From the NCBI RefSeq assembly GCF_018350175.1, contig NC_058379.1:2976001-3040000 (forward strand): DNA of 64,000 bases, read 5' to 3'. Shown here one piece after another: positions 1 to 14,160 of this stretch. The stretch comes from Felis catus (Eukaryota). Made by a program: the position numbers and the translations under genes. Each line of letters opens with the position of its first letter. Positions within the stretch are counted from its first letter, which is position 1. Below the pieces are notes generated by a model, which saw only the letters and a program-made list of their open reading frames with translations, ran no database searches and was not told the origin of the DNA.

Positions 1-126
1 CACTGCCTCCGTGCCGACTCTGGCCGTGCGCGGAAAACCAAAGAACGGTGGGGCGGAGATCACAGACCCTCCAGTCAGACATGTGTCGTGTTTTTATTAC
101 TTGCCATAAACACTTTATGCTTGCAC

Positions 127-891
127 GCACCCATGCACATATATGCACACACCTGCACCTGCACACACACATTATACATGCATTCCCACACGGGTACACA
201 TACACACACGGACACACAACATGTATGCTCACATATGCACGTGTATGCACGTGCATGCACCCAGATGCACACATGCATGCACATGCACATTATACACACA
301 TATATGCACACATGTATGTACACACGTGTGCGCACACAAGTACATGTGCACACATGCACACGCGTATACACACGTGCACACAAGTACATGCACACATGCG
401 CCTATGCACACGTGCACATACACATGTGTTCTCACACGTGCACACATGTGTGCACACACGTGCATCTATACATGCACATTATACATGCATGCCCACACGG
501 GTACGCATACACACGTGTATGCTCACACATGCACGTGTATGCACGCACACGCACCCACACACATGCATGCACACGCACATTATACACACACATACACGCA
601 CACATGTATGTACACACATGTGGGCACACAAGTACATATGCACACACATATACACATGCACATGTGCACACAAGTACATGCACACGCGTGCACCTATACA
701 CATGTGCACATACACATGTATTCTCATGCATGTCCACATGGGTATGCATACTCACGTGGACACACAACATGTATGCTCACACATGCACATGTATGCACGC
801 ACATGCACCCACACACACATGCACGCACATGCACACTGTACACACATGTCTGTACACACGTGTGGGCACACGTGTGTGCACCTATACACAC
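127..891. repeat. CA/TG-rich alternating purine-pyrimidine repeat with higher-order structure (TMEM132D intron)
   Basis: Near-continuous RY alternation (cacacatgcacgtgtatgcac...); landmark ccaca(c/t)gggta recurs at ~186, ~493 and ~734. Confidence 0.95.
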
Positions 892-1586
892 CCCCCTTTT
901 CTTAGTACTTTGAGGAATAGACACTGAATTTCACAACAAAACAGAACTCTAAGACCTAGCCCTAAGTTCACAATCTACCCCGGCACCTGCTCCCACCTTC
1001 CATAGGAGGCTCTTGGTGGTGGCCCCGCCTGAGATGCTCTCCCATCTCCCCCCCACAGACCTCGTCCGGCAGGAGGGCCGGGAAGTTACATTCACGAAAT
1101 GGTCAGTTTCCCCAAAAACAAGTCTTACAAACCCGACCTTCCCCCCATCTCCTTCTCTCTCTCTCCCTTCCTCCCTCTCTCCCCCCCCTTCCCCTACCTC
1201 TCCTCTCTGTCTCAGTCCCCCTCCCTCCCTCTGCCTCCCCCAGTCAGCTCATCTGTGACAATTCAGCCCAGTTTTTTGGAACCCTTGAAAGAGGAAAAGC
1301 CTGAGATTACGGGCTGGGGGCAAGGAGAACCGTGGCCGGGCCACGATGGTGACCAAGCCGCCGAGCTGCTCCGTTCGGCCTTTGGATCAGATTTAAGTAC
1401 TTTTGCTAATGGCAGATATTTAGGATGACAACCTGGTCTGACTCATGTAAACGGGCCTGAGTCCGCGTTTCCCTTCAGAGCCGTTGATCATCAGCGGCCG
1501 CGGAACCTCTCAGCGCCCCTCGGTGCCTTTGTATCCTCGCTGCCTCACCGCGGAGATGAGCGGGGCCTTCCCTGGAAATGCTTTTT

Positions 1587-1804
1587 TTTTTAAAATTTTT
1601 CTAACGTTTATTTATTTTTTGAGACAGAGAGAGACAAAGCATGAACGGGGGAGGGTCAGAGAGAGGGAGACACAGAATCTGAAACAGGTTCCAGGCTCTG
1701 AGCTGTCAGCACAGAGCCTGACGCGGGGCTCGAACCCACGGACCGCGAGATCATGACCTGAGCCGAAGTCGGCCGCTTAACCCACTGAGCCACCCAGGCG
1801 CCCC
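1587..1804 (-). mobile_element. Can-SINE (felid SINEC_Fc-like), full length
   Basis: Reverse complement starts ggggcgcctgggtggctcag, has a B-box (ggttcgagccc), CT tract and A tail; TSD tggaaatgcttttt at 1573-1586 and 1805-1818. Confidence 0.95.
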
Positions 1805-2111
1805 TGGAAATGCTTTTTATGATGTTCGAACAACCTGATAGTTTCTGCTTTGCTTTCCTCGGCCCTTCGGGCAGGGATGCTGCACTTGTAGGAGGAGGCA
1901 GCAGGGCGGACGGGGTGGGGAGGGGGTGTCCAGGCTGTGCATTTCCAGCTGCGTGTAGTTTCTAGCAGGGTAGTTTCAGCGAAACCTAGCCTCCGCCTGA
2001 CCCCAGGAGGTGCTCGGGGTGGTGGCTGTGTGCACAGCGGGTCCTTTCACCAGGCAAAGCGGGGGGCCAGCAGGTCAAGAGGAGGGTGGGCAGCACGCGG
2101 CACCCAGGTAA

Positions 2112-2549
<438 letters not shown>

Positions 2550-3105
2550 TAGTCAGGACTCCATATTAGAGACCCACGCCAAACAGGCTTCGGCTAAAAA
2601 TGGAAATTTGCAGGGTAGCTAATTTCAGGCCTGAGTGGACCCGGGGATCCCTTACGGGTGGAATCTCTCCCTACCTCTCAGCCTGGTTTGCTGTGTGTTG
2701 GCCCCGTATTCTTTTTATGTGAGGCTCCAGACTTGCACTCCACCCACAGAAGGTGCGTCCTTCTCCTCCCCAGTGGCTCCAGCAGAAGTCCTGGGGTTAG
2801 GCTATCCTCCCTTGGGCTGTGTGCCTGTCCCTGATCCAGTCACCGTGGCGAGGACACGCAATACACTGCCTGGTGAGGCCTCATCCACAGTCCCCTGGAG
2901 GAAGAGGTCAACCCCGCCTGAACCAATGGGCTGATACCAGAAGAAGAGGGCCTGGGAATACATTCTGGCTGGACCTGGGCCACCTCTCCATGCCCCCAGC
3001 CCAGAAGCTCTCAGATTGCTTGGTCCTAGGGAGATGAAGTCAGAGCCTGTGACCTGCATGCCTGGCCCTTTGTGCTGATGGTGCCTGATAGGGCGATAGG
3101 TCTTC

Positions 3106-3296
3106 TTTTTTTTTTTTTAGTTTATTTGGGGGGGAGGGGGATGGGGAGGAGCAGAGAGAGAGGGAGAGAGAATCCCAAGCAGGCTCCACACTCAGCACAG
3201 AGCCCGACACGCGGCTCGATCCCACAACCGTGAGATCATGACCTGAGCTCAAATCAAGAGTCAGATACGTAACCAGCTGAGCCCCCCAGGCGCCCC
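3106..3296 (-). mobile_element. Older Can-SINE (SINEC_Fc2-like)
   Basis: Poly-T, gagagaatcccaagcaggctcc...tgagatcatgacctgagc...caggcgcccc. Confidence 0.9.
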
Positions 3297-4039
3297 AGTG
3301 ACAGGTCCCCTCTGTCTGCACCGGGCACCAGATACCAAGAGAGTTGCAAGAGGTCAGGCTCTTTGTTCAGGGACTTTGTCACCTCGGAGAAACCCGTGCC
3401 TGAGGACTCGCCATGCCGGCGACCCACAGAAAGTCAAAAATGAGCATGCGCGGAATTAGAGGAGGAGGAAGCTCTCCTGGTGTCTGTGTGCTCAGCGGGG
3501 GAGGAGACCGGCACTGGTCTGAGGGGTGACCTCTGTTTACACCCCTGCCCTTGGAGCTCCATCCCTGTTAGTCTTTGTGCTGCTGGGTGAGGGGGAAGCT
3601 TGCAGGCCGTGGGTCCCACGCGTGGTTGGAAGATGGGCTCGGCAGTGATCCTCTCCTTGGTGGCCGGGGTCTCTGATGTGGAGGTGGCAGGGCGGCCTTA
3701 GGAGGGGTTACTGAGCCCACGAGGGCAGGTGGGTGCCAAGACTCCCCCGAGGACGGGCCGAGTCTGATCTCGGCACATCAAGACGCAGAGTGTCACGGCT
3801 GTCCTGCTCAGCTCTGACAACAGAACGGGGCTGTCGCTCAGATAGAGACCACGACGTGCCAGAAAGGATGGGCTGGGTAGAAGGCGTCAGACACGAGGGA
3901 GCAGCTAACATCTGTCCCCGAGCCGAACCATGGCGGCCCTTTCTACACTTACTGCCATGTGACCTTGCCTTGAGCTCAACACTGACCTCCTTGCGGTGCT
4001 GGTTTTAGGGCCATTCCCACTGTCCCCAGCCCTGTCATA

Positions 4040-4580
4040 GGAGTTACCCGTCACTGCACAACTTAATGACGTATCCCCAAACTTAGTGGCCTATGCCCAC
4101 GCTTGACGACCTATCCCCAAACGTAGTGGCCGAAAGGAAACACGTATGATCTCACCCTTTCTCCGGATCGGCTGTCCAGGCGTGGCTGAGCTGGGTCTCC
4201 CGCAGGCTGTCTGGTCAGCTGGAGCTCGTGTGGGGAAGGCTCTGCATCCAAGCCCACGTACGCGGCTGCCGGCCGGCCATGGCCGTGGAACGGAGGGCCC
4301 TGGATCCTCATTTGTTGTCCTGGCATGTGGCCAGCTCCATAGGGTGGCTCACGATCCCGTAGCTTGCTTCAGGAGAGCAAGCGAGAGAGGAACCGAGGAA
4401 AGGATACGTGTCACAGTCTTTCAGACCCTAATCTTGGAAGCGACTTCCCCTACCATTGGCTGTGGTCTTGCACTGGAGGAAGGTTCCCGGTTCCAGCTCA
4501 CACACAAAGGGAGGGGGTTCCACCAAGCACGTTCCTGGAGGTGGGGCTCCCCGGGGACCTTAGGAGCTCTGCTGACCACA
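4040..4580. mobile_element. MaLR (MLT1-type) LTR remnant with a local 40-bp-period duplication
   Basis: ccccaaacttagtggc motif typical of MLT1 ends; gacgtatccccaaacttagtggcc (4068-4091) repeated as gacctatccccaaacgtagtggcc (4108-4131). Boundaries approximate. Confidence 0.6.
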
Positions 4581-4713
4581 CCACAGCCCCTTCTGATTGT
4601 CAGGACTCATACATTTGAGGGTCACCTGTGTACCCACCGGGCTGGGCTCGCTGCCCACTCCCCCTTGCAGCCCCTGCCGTCGGCCCAGATCAGGACCTGT
4701 TAACCTGAGCTGA

Positions 4714-5100
<387 letters not shown>

Positions 5101-5537
5101 TGAAAGAAATCGTCCCCCAAATAATGCAAGCGGTGCAGTGACGTGACCGGAATCTCGAGATTCCTCGCGTGTTGCCTGCATTTATTTGGCAGACCCTGGA
5201 CAGCTCCTCTGGTCGGGTCTTGTTTGAAAGCCGAATACGCTGTCTGTCTACGCCATGGCGGGTGTTACCATCCTGGGGAGAAGGCTCTTGGCCCGAGCTA
5301 GCCTCATGGGAACCGTGGGCATGGCCAGCGGCTTCTCGCTGCCCATCGTCGCGTGGAACAGCTCTCCATCCGCCGTGATGCCCGGCCGTGTGAGGTCCCA
5401 CCCCAGGCTGGACGAAAAGTGGGGCGTGTCAGAAATGTGCTGAGGAGAGGAACAAAGTTATGTCGCCCCCAGGGTGTCGGGGGCACCCGTAGCTGGGAAT
5501 GAATGGGAGAGGACCTGGGTACAACAAGGGGGTTGGC

Positions 5538-5704
5538 AGAGAGAGGGAAGAGGCAGAGAGAGAGGGAGAGAGAGAATCCCAAGCAGGCTCCACGCTGTCC
5601 GCGCAGAGCCCGATGCGGGGCTTGATCCCGCGAACCTTGAGATCACGACCTGAGCTGAAATCAAGGGTCAGAAGCTCAACTGACTGAGCACCCCAGGTAT
5701 TCCT
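5538..5704 (-). mobile_element. Older Can-SINE, tail degraded
   Basis: gagagagaatcccaagcaggctcc...gagatcacgacctgagctgaaatcaag...actgagcaccccagg. Confidence 0.85.
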
Positions 5705-6733
5705 GCAACATGGAGTTTTGAAACAAACACTCCTCAGGACGCTATTCCAGGCGGCCCCTTGGCGTTAGTTGTCTACCTCTGGTCTGAGAACAAGCATGGT
5801 TCCTCCGTGGCTGCCCCCGATCCCGCTCTTAGCCATTCAGTGGGGTTTCTGACACAGCTGTGTACAAGGAGGCCTTGTCAGGGAAGTAGTGGATTGTGCA
5901 AGATTTAGAGCATGTCCGTTCTGGAAAATCGGCTGGTATTTAAAAGAGATCATTTTACTCAAGGAAGAAAATAAACGGGTTTGAGGTGACCCAGGGGTCA
6001 CATGCTCCAGTGACCTCTAAGACCTGAGAAAGTAACTGTGAGCAAAGCAGGCCGGGCGTGAGCTGAAAGACAGCTACTGACTCGGGCCCCCAAGTGCTGG
6101 GAACACCGTAGGGGTCGGTGCGGACAGTGGTGAGGGCCCGGCTGCCGCTCACATCCTAAAGCTGACGACGAAAACTCGAGTCTCGTACGGCCAGCTGTTG
6201 CAGCCTTTCCAGAAAAGCGAGAAATCTTTTTGTAGTAAGTCCTCTGATTGTCTTAAGGGTGGCCATTAATTCCGTGTTAAAGTTTTATTTATGTGAAACA
6301 AAATATCTCTGCCCCGTAGACGAGAGCTCGAAACCTCCACGGTTGGCGTTGAATTGAAAGATCTAAACCAAAGGCCTAAATTCCTGGAATCTGTCTACAA
6401 CAGGCTAAATTAATGCCTGGAAACCGGATACCCACACGGGGCATTAACCACTCCCCCTAAATGGTAGCGTGGGCACAAGGGGAACAGCTGCTGCTGACAC
6501 CCTCTTACCGACTCCCACCGAGTCCTCCTCAGTTATAAGTCGCTTGTCCGCTTTGTCTGAGGACTCTCATGTCATGCTGACTACCATTCAGGTTGTCCTA
6601 ACCAGACCCAGAGACGGAAGGTGGCACGTGGGGGTCCTGGGAAGAGCTGCCACGGTGACACACGTCTTCATAAACATCCGTAACAACAGGCACCGAGAAA
6701 CGTGTCAGGAGAGCAGGTTAAAGGGAGCTGGGA

Positions 6734-7376
<643 letters not shown>

Positions 7377-9565
7377 TAGCAGTGCCTCTGGGAGGTGCCC
7401 GCGGCCTGCTGCCGAGTCCCCGCGAGGAAGACGGGGCGGCAGGTCTGGGGCGACGGAGGTTCCCTTCCCCAGGTTTATAGTTCAGCTCAGGGCAGAAGGA
7501 CCTCGTGGGGATGTCAGCCGCATTCGCAACCCGCGTGCTCCAACGGGGCGCTGTGTGTGTACGTGTGCGATGTGTATCGTGCGGTGTATGTGTTTGCGTG
7601 TTGATGGCACGGTTTCCAAACGAAGGGTGCTGCAGATAGGCCATCTGCAAAGGTTGGATGTGCTCCTCCCTCGTTAGAGGGGGGCAAGCATTCTTTTTTA
7701 GGGGGAACACGGAGGCCCCGGTGAGCCTTGCGGAGCAACAAAGCCGTGGTCTCCGGCCGTTGATTCGCCCCGTGCCTCGTGAAGCAGGACTGTCCTCCCG
7801 CGGGGCTGCGGGGAGGCCGCCAGCCCACGCAGGGGTGTTCCTGGCAGCTTCCCTCCTGGACAGGAGCCCCCTCCCCCGGCACCCGCACCCGCGGAACCGC
7901 CGAGGCTGTGCCCGTGCTCCGAGCCGAGCCAGGCTTGTCCCAGGACACACGGAGCCTTCGCGTCCCCCCCCCCGCCTGTACCGCTCACCGGGTGTTCCTC
8001 GGCAGGCGTCACTCGGCCCCTTCTCTGTGGCCTGTGCGTGCAGCGGTCTGGGTTATAAAACCCTGGGAAGGGCGTGATTCCCATAGCAGATGTGAATGGT
8101 CGCCAAAGACCAACCTTTTTCTCGGGGCGGGATGCCAGCCAGGAAGCAAGGTGCAGGTCACAAAGGAGAGATACCCCGAGGCTGCTTTCCGTCTTCGTGG
8201 GGAGATAAATTCAGGTGACCACCAACTAGGCGTTAAGGAAGCGGTAAGATAGAGTTAGAATTAGGCCAAAGAGCTAATCCGTTCCCAACAGGCAGAGCTC
8301 AACAGGGGACCCTGAGGTTTGCTCCGTGCGTGGCTTGGATGGCCCTTAGTCCCTGCCTGCACCTGGCTCTGACATTTCAGTTGCAAGAAGCCCAGGGGCG
8401 TTTGAATTTCCTGCTCTGATTTCGAGGCAGATCGGAAGAACCTGGCGACTCAGAGTCCCGTCCGGGGGCTCCTGCACCGTCTTGGTAGCATTTTGCACCT
8501 AGCAGCTGGGCTAAGCCGATGCCGACCAGTAGTAGAGTCTAGTGGCTGAGCCCAAGGAGCTGAAGCCACGAGCCACGTTGGAGGAGCCTTCCTTCCTGCT
8601 TCCAGAGACTGAACAGCCCCCATGCAAAACTGGCTTCTGTCACGCTCAGGGGCCCTTGGCTTGCGAGAAGGTGAAATCCACTCAGGCGAGCCCACCAGGA
8701 TTGGGGGCTCTCACGGACCCCGGCTGTAGGAGCTCAGAGGAGGAAGAGTGTCTGCGGTCTCTCGGTGGCCACACCTCCTTTTGGTCTGTCTCTTTTTCTT
8801 TTCCTGGAGATAAGTGCTGTCCCCAAACACTTGCTTAGCCCTGCTCCATTGCGGTTGCTCCGAGGGGGACTTCATCCCCCAGATTTTTGTGAGGCCCCCA
8901 CACATCCTCCCACAGCTAAGGCGTCAGTCCCGTCTGTCTTATTTCAAGTCTGACAGATAGAGAGAGATGCCCGTTGGCTGGGAGCTGCTGAGATGTGCGC
9001 CTCATCCCTGGTCCAGTCCGCCCGGGCTGGGTGTACAGGATCACGTGCCTGTCCAGGCTAGTAATCCTTCCGGGCTTGGGGTGGGGCAGGTTCTCCGACA
9101 TCTGGGGGAGGCAGGTGGCAACGGGCCCACCAGTTCGCTGTCAAGCACGGTGACGTCTCCACTCCCATTAAATCGGAGGTGTTTTCGTCTGCCTGGTCCA
9201 CCTAGTCCCAAGGAAAGTTGGTCTAAAGCAACAAAGTAAAAGGCAAGAGACTGAGATGCGTGCAGACCTTGGCCTTGGACGCCCTTTGGCCTCCCCGTCT
9301 CCCCAGCTGGTTGAGGGGGGAGTGGTTGGCAGAGAAAGAAAAGCCAGATAGCGCCGGCTTTATCCCCCTGGCTGGTTTGACTCCTGGCGTCCCAAGCCCA
9401 CGCTGGGTCCGGAAACATGTACAAACCTAGTCCTGTAGACCCAGGTGAGGCGGGACCAAAGCCCACACTCCTCTGTGTGCCCCTGTCCACATCAGGGGCT
9501 TTCATCTGTGTTGTGAGTAATGAGCAGAGACTCGGTATTAAAGCAACTTAAAAAGTAATGCAATA

Positions 9566-9788
9566 GGGGCGCCTGGGTGGCGCAGTCGGTTAAGCGTCCG
9601 ACTTCAGCCAGGTCACGATCTCGCGGTCCGTGAGTTCGAGCCCCGCGTCAGGCTCTGGGCTGATGGCTCGGAGCCTGGAGCCTGTTTCCGATTCTGTGTC
9701 TCCCTCTCTCTCTGCCCCTCCCCCGTTCATGCTCTGTCTCTCTCTGTCCCAAAAATAAATAAACGTTGAAAAAAAAAATAAAAAAATA
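9566..9788 (+). mobile_element. Young felid Can-SINE (SINEC_Fc-like)
   Basis: Near-consensus ggggcgcctgggtggcgcagtcggttaagcgtccgacttcagccagg...; TSD aaaaagtaa(t/c)gcaata at 9550-9565 and 9789-9804. Confidence 0.97.
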
Positions 9789-10190
9789 AAAAAGTAACGC
9801 AATAAATATTTTCCGCGTAAACGTGTAACACTTGCAAATGATCCCACTAACCAGTAATCTCCTTTGACGTGCGATTTATGTTTGCGCAGACGTAGATCTC
9901 GCCCTGCCTCAAAACCCCGTCTTCTTTTCCACACCCCAGAGGGAAAAAGAGGATCTTATTCTGGAGTGTTTGTTACGGGCCCGGGTTCATTGTCATTTCA
10001 GTCTGGTGGTGGTTTGCTGTCGGTTTTGCGTCTTCCCAAGAATTGGTTTTCTTCCGTGACCTCCCGTGCGTCTTGTCTCTTATTTCTGCACTGCTTAAAA
10101 GGTTTTCCTTTGTTCTGGTCGTATTATCCTGGCCACAGAATGTCTACTTTACAAAGACTTGGTGTTCGGTGAGCTTTGGGGCCATGTTGA

Positions 10191-11393
<1,203 letters not shown>

Positions 11394-14135
11394 GCCGGGA
11401 CACTCGCACACATTGCTTCGCACTCAACTCCCAGCCTTTAATTTGGGGACGGAGCGTAGCAACCGGACACGATGAGGTCGTCCCTGTCCTCAGAGCCCCG
11501 GAAAATGCCCCCGGCTCGCCTGGGGGTGGCCCCACGTCGGGACCCGTGCACACGTCCCACCATACGGTGTCTTGGTCAGTGCCGAGAGGCTCACCGTGCA
11601 TGGCAGGATTTTTAAAACTTGCAGGAAAAACCGAGTTCTGAATCACTGAGCTTCCGAAAGGTTCTGGGAATAAGCAGCCCCCCTCTGCCCACGGCCCTCT
11701 TTCTGTCTTTAATCACAGCACTTTGGAGATTGTGAAGCCGCGTGGCTCCCGTGTGCGGTCGTGCAGACCGTGGAAGGCGACCAAGACTCCGCGGAAGCGT
11801 GTGCCTCGCTGGGAGGCGGCGTGTCGCTGGGGTCCGGACGCACAGCTGGCCGTGCGCGGGGTCCGGGGCAGAGGCCAGGGCGAGGCAGCTCCTGGGAGGC
11901 GTCACCGCGACGGATTGTCTCCCAAAGCCCAGCCCGGCCCAACGACAGACCGGGGCGCTGCTGACGGGGACTGAAAGGGAGCACGTGGGCAGAGGGGCCA
12001 CAAATGTCTCTGTAACTGGATGCGGAGAAGAAACCAACAGACCCCTCGGAGCGGTTCGGGCGTTGCTTCCTTCGTAAGCTCGGGATACAGGGCGTAGAAT
12101 GTCAGGCCGGTTCCAAGAACCAGGCTTTTTGGGGACGAGTTCACTGTGTTAGAATCTGTACTCACCCCCCCACCCGGCCACCTTTCTGAAAGCCGTTGGT
12201 CACTCATGGGCAGTGGGGGCCTTTCCAGCGTTCACGGCATCCTTCTTCCCCCACGGCCGGTGTGTCAGCTCCAGGGGACAGTCTGCAGTGGCCCTGCCAG
12301 GCGAACGTCACGTGTCCTTCTTGAAGAGGCAGGTCTCTGCAGGCAAGCGGTTCTCGCGGTGAACTCAACCCCAAGGGACACTGGCTCCCCTGTTCCTCCG
12401 GAAAGACGGGAGAGCTGTTCGCGGACAGCCCCGCGACGGCCACACCAGGCCTCCCGTCTGCGGCCACAGAGACACGTGCTGGCGTCCCTGCGGGGTGTGG
12501 GGCCGGGGAGAGCCGGGGCAGGAAGCCCGTCCACACCCCTGCGCGGGCTTGGACACGTGGAGGGACCAAGGTGTCCGTGCGTGGGGTGCAGACAGAGACC
12601 CTGCTCAGCCCTGAGAGGTTTGCTGTGGCTTGAATCCGAAGGACTCGGAATGCCCCCCTCCCCTCCGTGGGAAGCCTAAGAACGGGGGGTGGGGGGTGGG
12701 GGGGATGAGCGGCTTCCGGCCCAGCTCCAGCTCCCGCCACAGTGGGGGAGGGGTGGGAGAGGGCCAGCGGCCTGGGGCACACAGAGGCCGGGTCTCTCTG
12801 GGTGTCTTCCCTGTCACTTTCCGTCCCTCTGCCTTCCTTCTCCTCTCCAGTTCCTGTCTCTGTGTCTCCCTGACCCTGGTTCTCTGCTTCCTCTGTGTCT
12901 CTCCCTCCCTCTCTCCCCCCTCCTCCTTCCCTCCTCACCCCTCCTCCTCCCTTCCCTCCCCCTCCTCACCCTTCCTCCCCTTCTCCCTCTCCTCCTCCCC
13001 TTCTCTCCCTCCTCCTCCCCTCCTCTCCCTTCTCCTCTCCCTCCTTCCCTTCTCCCCTTCCCTTCTTCCTCCTCTCCCCCCTCCTCCCCTCCCTCCCCCT
13101 CCTCACCCCTCCTCCCCTCCCTCCCCCTCCTCGCCCCTCCTCCCCTTCTCTCCCTCTCCTCCTCCTCCCCTTCTCCTCTCCCTCCTTCCCTTCTCCCCCT
13201 TCCCTTCTCCCTCCTCTCCCTCCTCCTCCCCTCCCTCCCCCTCCTCACCCTTCCTCCCCTTCTCCCCTTCTCTCCCTCCTCACCCCTCCTCCCCTTCTCT
13301 CCCTCTCCTCCCCCTCCCCTCCTCTCCCTTCTCCTCTCCCTCCTTCCCTTCTCCCCTTCCCTTTTTCCTCCTCTCCCTTCTCCTCCCCTCCCTCCCCCTC
13401 CTCGCCCCTCCTCCCCTTCTCTCCCTCTCCTCCTCCTCCTCTTCTCCTCTCCCTCCTTCCCTTCTCCCCCTTCCCTCCTCCCTCCTCTCCCTCCTCCTCC
13501 CCTCCCTCCCCCTCCTCACCCTTCCTCCCCTTCTCCCCTTCTCTCCCTCCTCACCCCTCCTCCTCTTCTCCTCTCCCTCCCCTCCCTCCTCCCACTTCTC
13601 CTCCCTCCTCTTCCTCCTCTCTCCTTTTCTTCCTCTCCCTCCTCCCCTCCTCCACTGTCCTCCCCTCTTCCCCTCCTCCCCTTCTCCCCATCCTTCCATC
13701 CCCCTCCTCTTCTTCCTCCTCCCCTCTCTCTTTCTCCCACCCCTTCTCCAGTGCATATAACTGAATTCTCCTTAGATCATGGGTGTCGTTTCTGCCAGCT
13801 CACCCTTCCCACCTTAGCACCCCCCCACCTGAGGTGCTCCCCATTTGCTCTAAGACTGGGATTCCAGCAGCCATAAGCCACCTGCTCCTGTCCCCAAGTC
13901 TACTCACCTTGTCTGGTTGGACAATTAAATTGTCACCCTTTCGCTCAATGACGGGGCTTTGCTCTCTGTAGCCTCCTTGTATTTCTTTCCATTTTTACCC
14001 GCGTGATGTCGTTTAATACAGCAGCCGCTGCCCGCTCCCAGATCCGCCTCCCTGCAGAATGTATCGTAGGTCGTAAGGATGTAATATATGTTTATAAACT
14101 TACTGACTGTAAATATAAAGTTTGCATTCAGCGGC
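11394..14135 (+). other. TMEM132D: Predicted TMEM132D 3'UTR
   Basis: Runs from the stop codon to the AU-rich 3'-end-like block at ~14080-14160; the end is inferred. Confidence 0.6.
12898..13749. repeat. Homopyrimidine (C/T) low-complexity tract with internal duplications
   Basis: ~850 bp almost entirely C/T; blocks such as ccctccccctcctcacccttcctccccttctcc recur. Confidence 0.97.
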
Positions 14136-14160
14136 TTTATGGCTGTCCTTTGTCTTTCCA
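14108..14160 (+). terminator. Candidate non-canonical polyadenylation signal of TMEM132D (AATATA/TATAAA) with U/GU-rich downstream element
   Basis: tgtaaatataaag at 14108-14120, CA at ~14129, then ctttatggctgtcctttgtctttcc; no AATAAA noticed earlier in the UTR. Confidence 0.55.

Noticed and set aside
48-927. Long His/Thr/Cys-rich ORFs in several frames
   Set aside because: Translation artefacts of the stop-poor CA/TG repeat; intronic.
9566-9650. tRNA-like A/B boxes here and in the other SINE heads
   Set aside because: These are the tRNA-derived heads of Can-SINEs, not tRNA genes.
12630-13876. Pro/Ser/Leu-rich and Arg/Gly/Glu-rich ORFs of up to 395 aa
   Set aside because: A C/T-only tract cannot contain stop codons; open in all frames with no coding signature.
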